NCBI GenBank assembly: GCA_002633005.1
Contig: NMRA01000001.1
Location: forward strand, 3,083,695-3,147,694
Source of the DNA: Phoronis australis
Taxonomy: Eukaryota; Animalia; Phoronida
Length of the DNA stretch: 64,000 nucleotides
Direction of reading: 5' to 3'
The notes under the pieces are model-generated. The model had not been told where the DNA came from. It saw nothing but the letters and a program-made list of their open reading frames with translations, and did no database searches. Made by a program: the position numbers and the translations under genes. Each line of letters opens with the position of its first letter. The first letter of the stretch is position 1. Of the stretch, positions 50,582 to 64,000 are shown in pieces.

Positions 50582-53146
50582 GGGTTAGTGAATCATGGAG
50601 TGAGCGATTCTGTCAGCCAGGCCATGCGTGTACTTACTGCTGACGAAGTCTAGAGGAACGTAATGGCTGCATGGGTGTTTCCCTCAGCCTAACTGCTTGT
50701 ACAGGCCTGTTGATATTGAATTCATAGTGACAGGAGGGGGGAGGGGAATCGAGCAGCTGGTTGTAACTGTTGCCATCATTTCATGTCTGAATGTAAGGTA
50801 GTAAATGAGTGGAAATAGACAGAGGGTCTTGTCCACCACTTAATATGATATAGCGTGCATCACATTTCCCGACTATCGTCTTGTAGTGACACCTAGTATC
50901 TGCGCCTTGTGTGTGCTGTTATAATACATAACTTTTCATTATGCTTCAGTACAAGCCAAAACAAAAAATAACATGTTTCCTTGTCATAACATTCAATTCA
51001 ACCTGCAGATCGTTTAGCGTTTAATTGCGTCTGAAAATGTCACCTCACAACAGCTGTAATTACAGAGTAACTGAACACGTTGACCTTATTTCCTGTGTAC
51101 ACAGTGCAATGAGAGACATGATGTTGACAACTTGGTTATCGTTATTCTTAATGATGTTTTACCAAAGTACTTAGATTTTTGATGCCATGGTGATTTCACC
51201 TCACCTTGCAATCACTCAAAAGTTTTGTTTTTTCAACAGCTCCTAGCGGACTTGGTTTAACTCTAGTGTAAGACAGCCTCCTGTGTACAACTCTGTCCCT
51301 AACAAAACCGGTAACCAAGTTCTGCAATACATGCACATGGTCAGTGTTGTATTTGTAAACATTTTAACGTGAATGTACATGGTTTTGCATAAACATTATA
51401 ACTAAGTTTTTTGTGTGAAAAAATATCAAGATAACCCTCCATGCCTTTCTTGTAACCAAACTATACAAGTACTTTTTGTTAGGTGTATGTTCATTCCAAA
51501 TTATTTTTGGACTCTCTCACGTAGTCTTAAGTTCATCTTTTGTTGGATTATGTTTTTAATTAGGTTGTTACTTTCTGATTGAAACAAAACAAGTCCTGGC
51601 ATTTTCATTAATAAAGATGACACCAGGAAGACATCATTAGGTTGAGAAGAGCAGTAGCGTAATGATAAGATCTCACGAGAGTATTGTAGATATGACATGA
51701 AATGTCTAAAGGCATGCAGCCCCCCAAACCTCTGATCTCTGTCAATGTTGTATTAGAAATAAATGGAATCTTCCATGCGTAAATAAATACTAATTTGTAA
51801 AATTTATTGTTTATCTTCTCATCTCATGGTTGCCAACATATTTAGCACGTAATCTGCAGAAATCGGTGTGTTGCAAGTGAAAACTTTACCGATTTCAAAA
51901 ATTTTCATAAAGTTTCAATCAAAAATGGTGTGATACTCTCAAAAATAACAATTTCAGTTTCAAATCGTGTTCAACTAAAAATCGACATTTATAACTCTGC
52001 TAATCACTTCAATGTTGCAATCATCACGATTGACTTCTTTCCATGGCCCAGCAAATCTCTGTACCTTGTAATTTCCAATCCATGCCAATGTGGGCACATA
52101 GGTTCTAATGGCTAGTCAGTGAATTCCTTTTCCTGTTTTCTAAATGCAATCTAATTGGAATATCTTCCCCAGAAATTTCGCTCTTGACCTAACTTCACAA
52201 GCAGATCCCACAATGCAAAGCCAAGCAGAGTGTTTTTCAGTGGACATTCATTCACAATTGAACAATCACAAAAGGGAATATCCGACACAAATTACTTTAT
52301 ACATTCATTGGTGCTCTGGCTACATCTGATTGATCGATTTGACAGACTAGATTAGTTTCGTAATTTTCCAGAGATTTATGTCTCAACCTTTATCGACTTG
52401 GCACTTTAAAAACTGATTTTTGAAGAAAAATAAATGCTCACTATCCATGACGTCTTAAAACTTGCAAGAAGTGATTTTTAACCCCTAAAAGTACGTACAA
52501 AACAGAACAATCTGTTACGGTTGGCAGCCCTGTCATCCTCGTTCACAGCATGACTATCAAAAATTATGACTGCATTTAGTCAAATGTTGGAATTCTGTGC
52601 ATTGAACTCTTAACCAATGTTTCTCATGATGAGAATAATTAAACGTATGTTAATATATGTGTGGTTTCAAAACCACGACATGTAACAAAGCTACACAACT
52701 ATTCTCCATTTTCTGAAAAACTTTAAATGCAACATGCAATGTCATTTGATGACCTAAAAACTGTATTCACAGAAAGTGAACTAATACAAATTTCATTCAA
52801 AAATTGAAAAAAGATGATCATTGTTGATACAAAACAGGTGAATCAAATTCCATCACAACTGCACAAATTATTATTGTGAACATGACATAACTGTTTCAAC
52901 AGTTACAGGCCCTGGAAGCCCAAATTGTATGAACGTTATCTACTCCCCACGCCTCTAATCCGCAGCAACATGATTTAGCATGCTCATAAAACAATCGAGG
53001 AAACCACTCCAGGTCCTAATATTTTCAAATTGTAAAACATGGAAGACAAAGCAACATTAAGCAGATACTGTTTATATACACACTACACTTTGGCAGGTAC
53101 ATGTTAGTCACTAAACGTACTGATTTAAGCATGTTGAGCGCAGACA

Positions 53147-63594
<10,448 letters not shown>

Positions 63595-64000
63595 CTAGAG
63601 GCAAAAATGTATAGTGAGTTTCAACTAAAGCCTAAATTCATGGCAAGCCTATGCAATCACAAAAACTTCAAAAATAATTGATAAATTAATAGCATCGTTT
63701 ACTTAAAGTATAGCATAAAGAAAACTCACAGGCATTGGGCAGTTTCATATTAAACTCCATGTCTTCACTGACAACTTTAACATGACACTGAAAATCTGGT
63801 TGGGGTATGGCGGACATTTAGCTAAATTCAGACTTTTTGCAATTTTTAAAATTTTGACATAGTAACTCTGCAACAAATTGTTCTGAACAGTTATGGTCCA
63901 AGTTTAAAGTCATTTAACAGATACAATTCCAGAGCAAGAACCATAACAAAATAACTGATTCATGAGCAAAAGTGTTCATAGTCGTGGTGTGATTTGTTAT

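Overview
AT-rich, intron-rich eukaryotic DNA from a bilaterian animal, most likely an invertebrate; no prokaryotic features. Five conserved genes alternate in orientation: DDHD1 (- strand; first two coding exons only, gene runs off the left edge), SMIM12 (+), AP5M1 (-; complete, 14 coding exons, 497 aa), PRPF3 (+; complete, 15 coding exons, 666 aa) and the formyl-THF synthetase half of MTHFD1 (-; 13 exons, 5' part off the right edge). Splice sites and phases were traced by hand. The best novelty candidate is an intronless 262-aa PH-like ORF starting 32 nt after the SMIM12 stop in the same exon, which suggests a bicistronic mRNA. Second is a Helentron/DINE-like repeat family carrying CTCF-consensus motifs about every 150 bp. 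Other signals are a candidate poison exon or recursive splice site and a triplicated donor in PRPF3, an in-frame uORF on AP5M1, back-to-back poly(A) signals at both convergent gene pairs, motif-bearing minisatellites and several MITE/SINE families. Gene identities rest on remembered human orthologue sequences, not on database searches.
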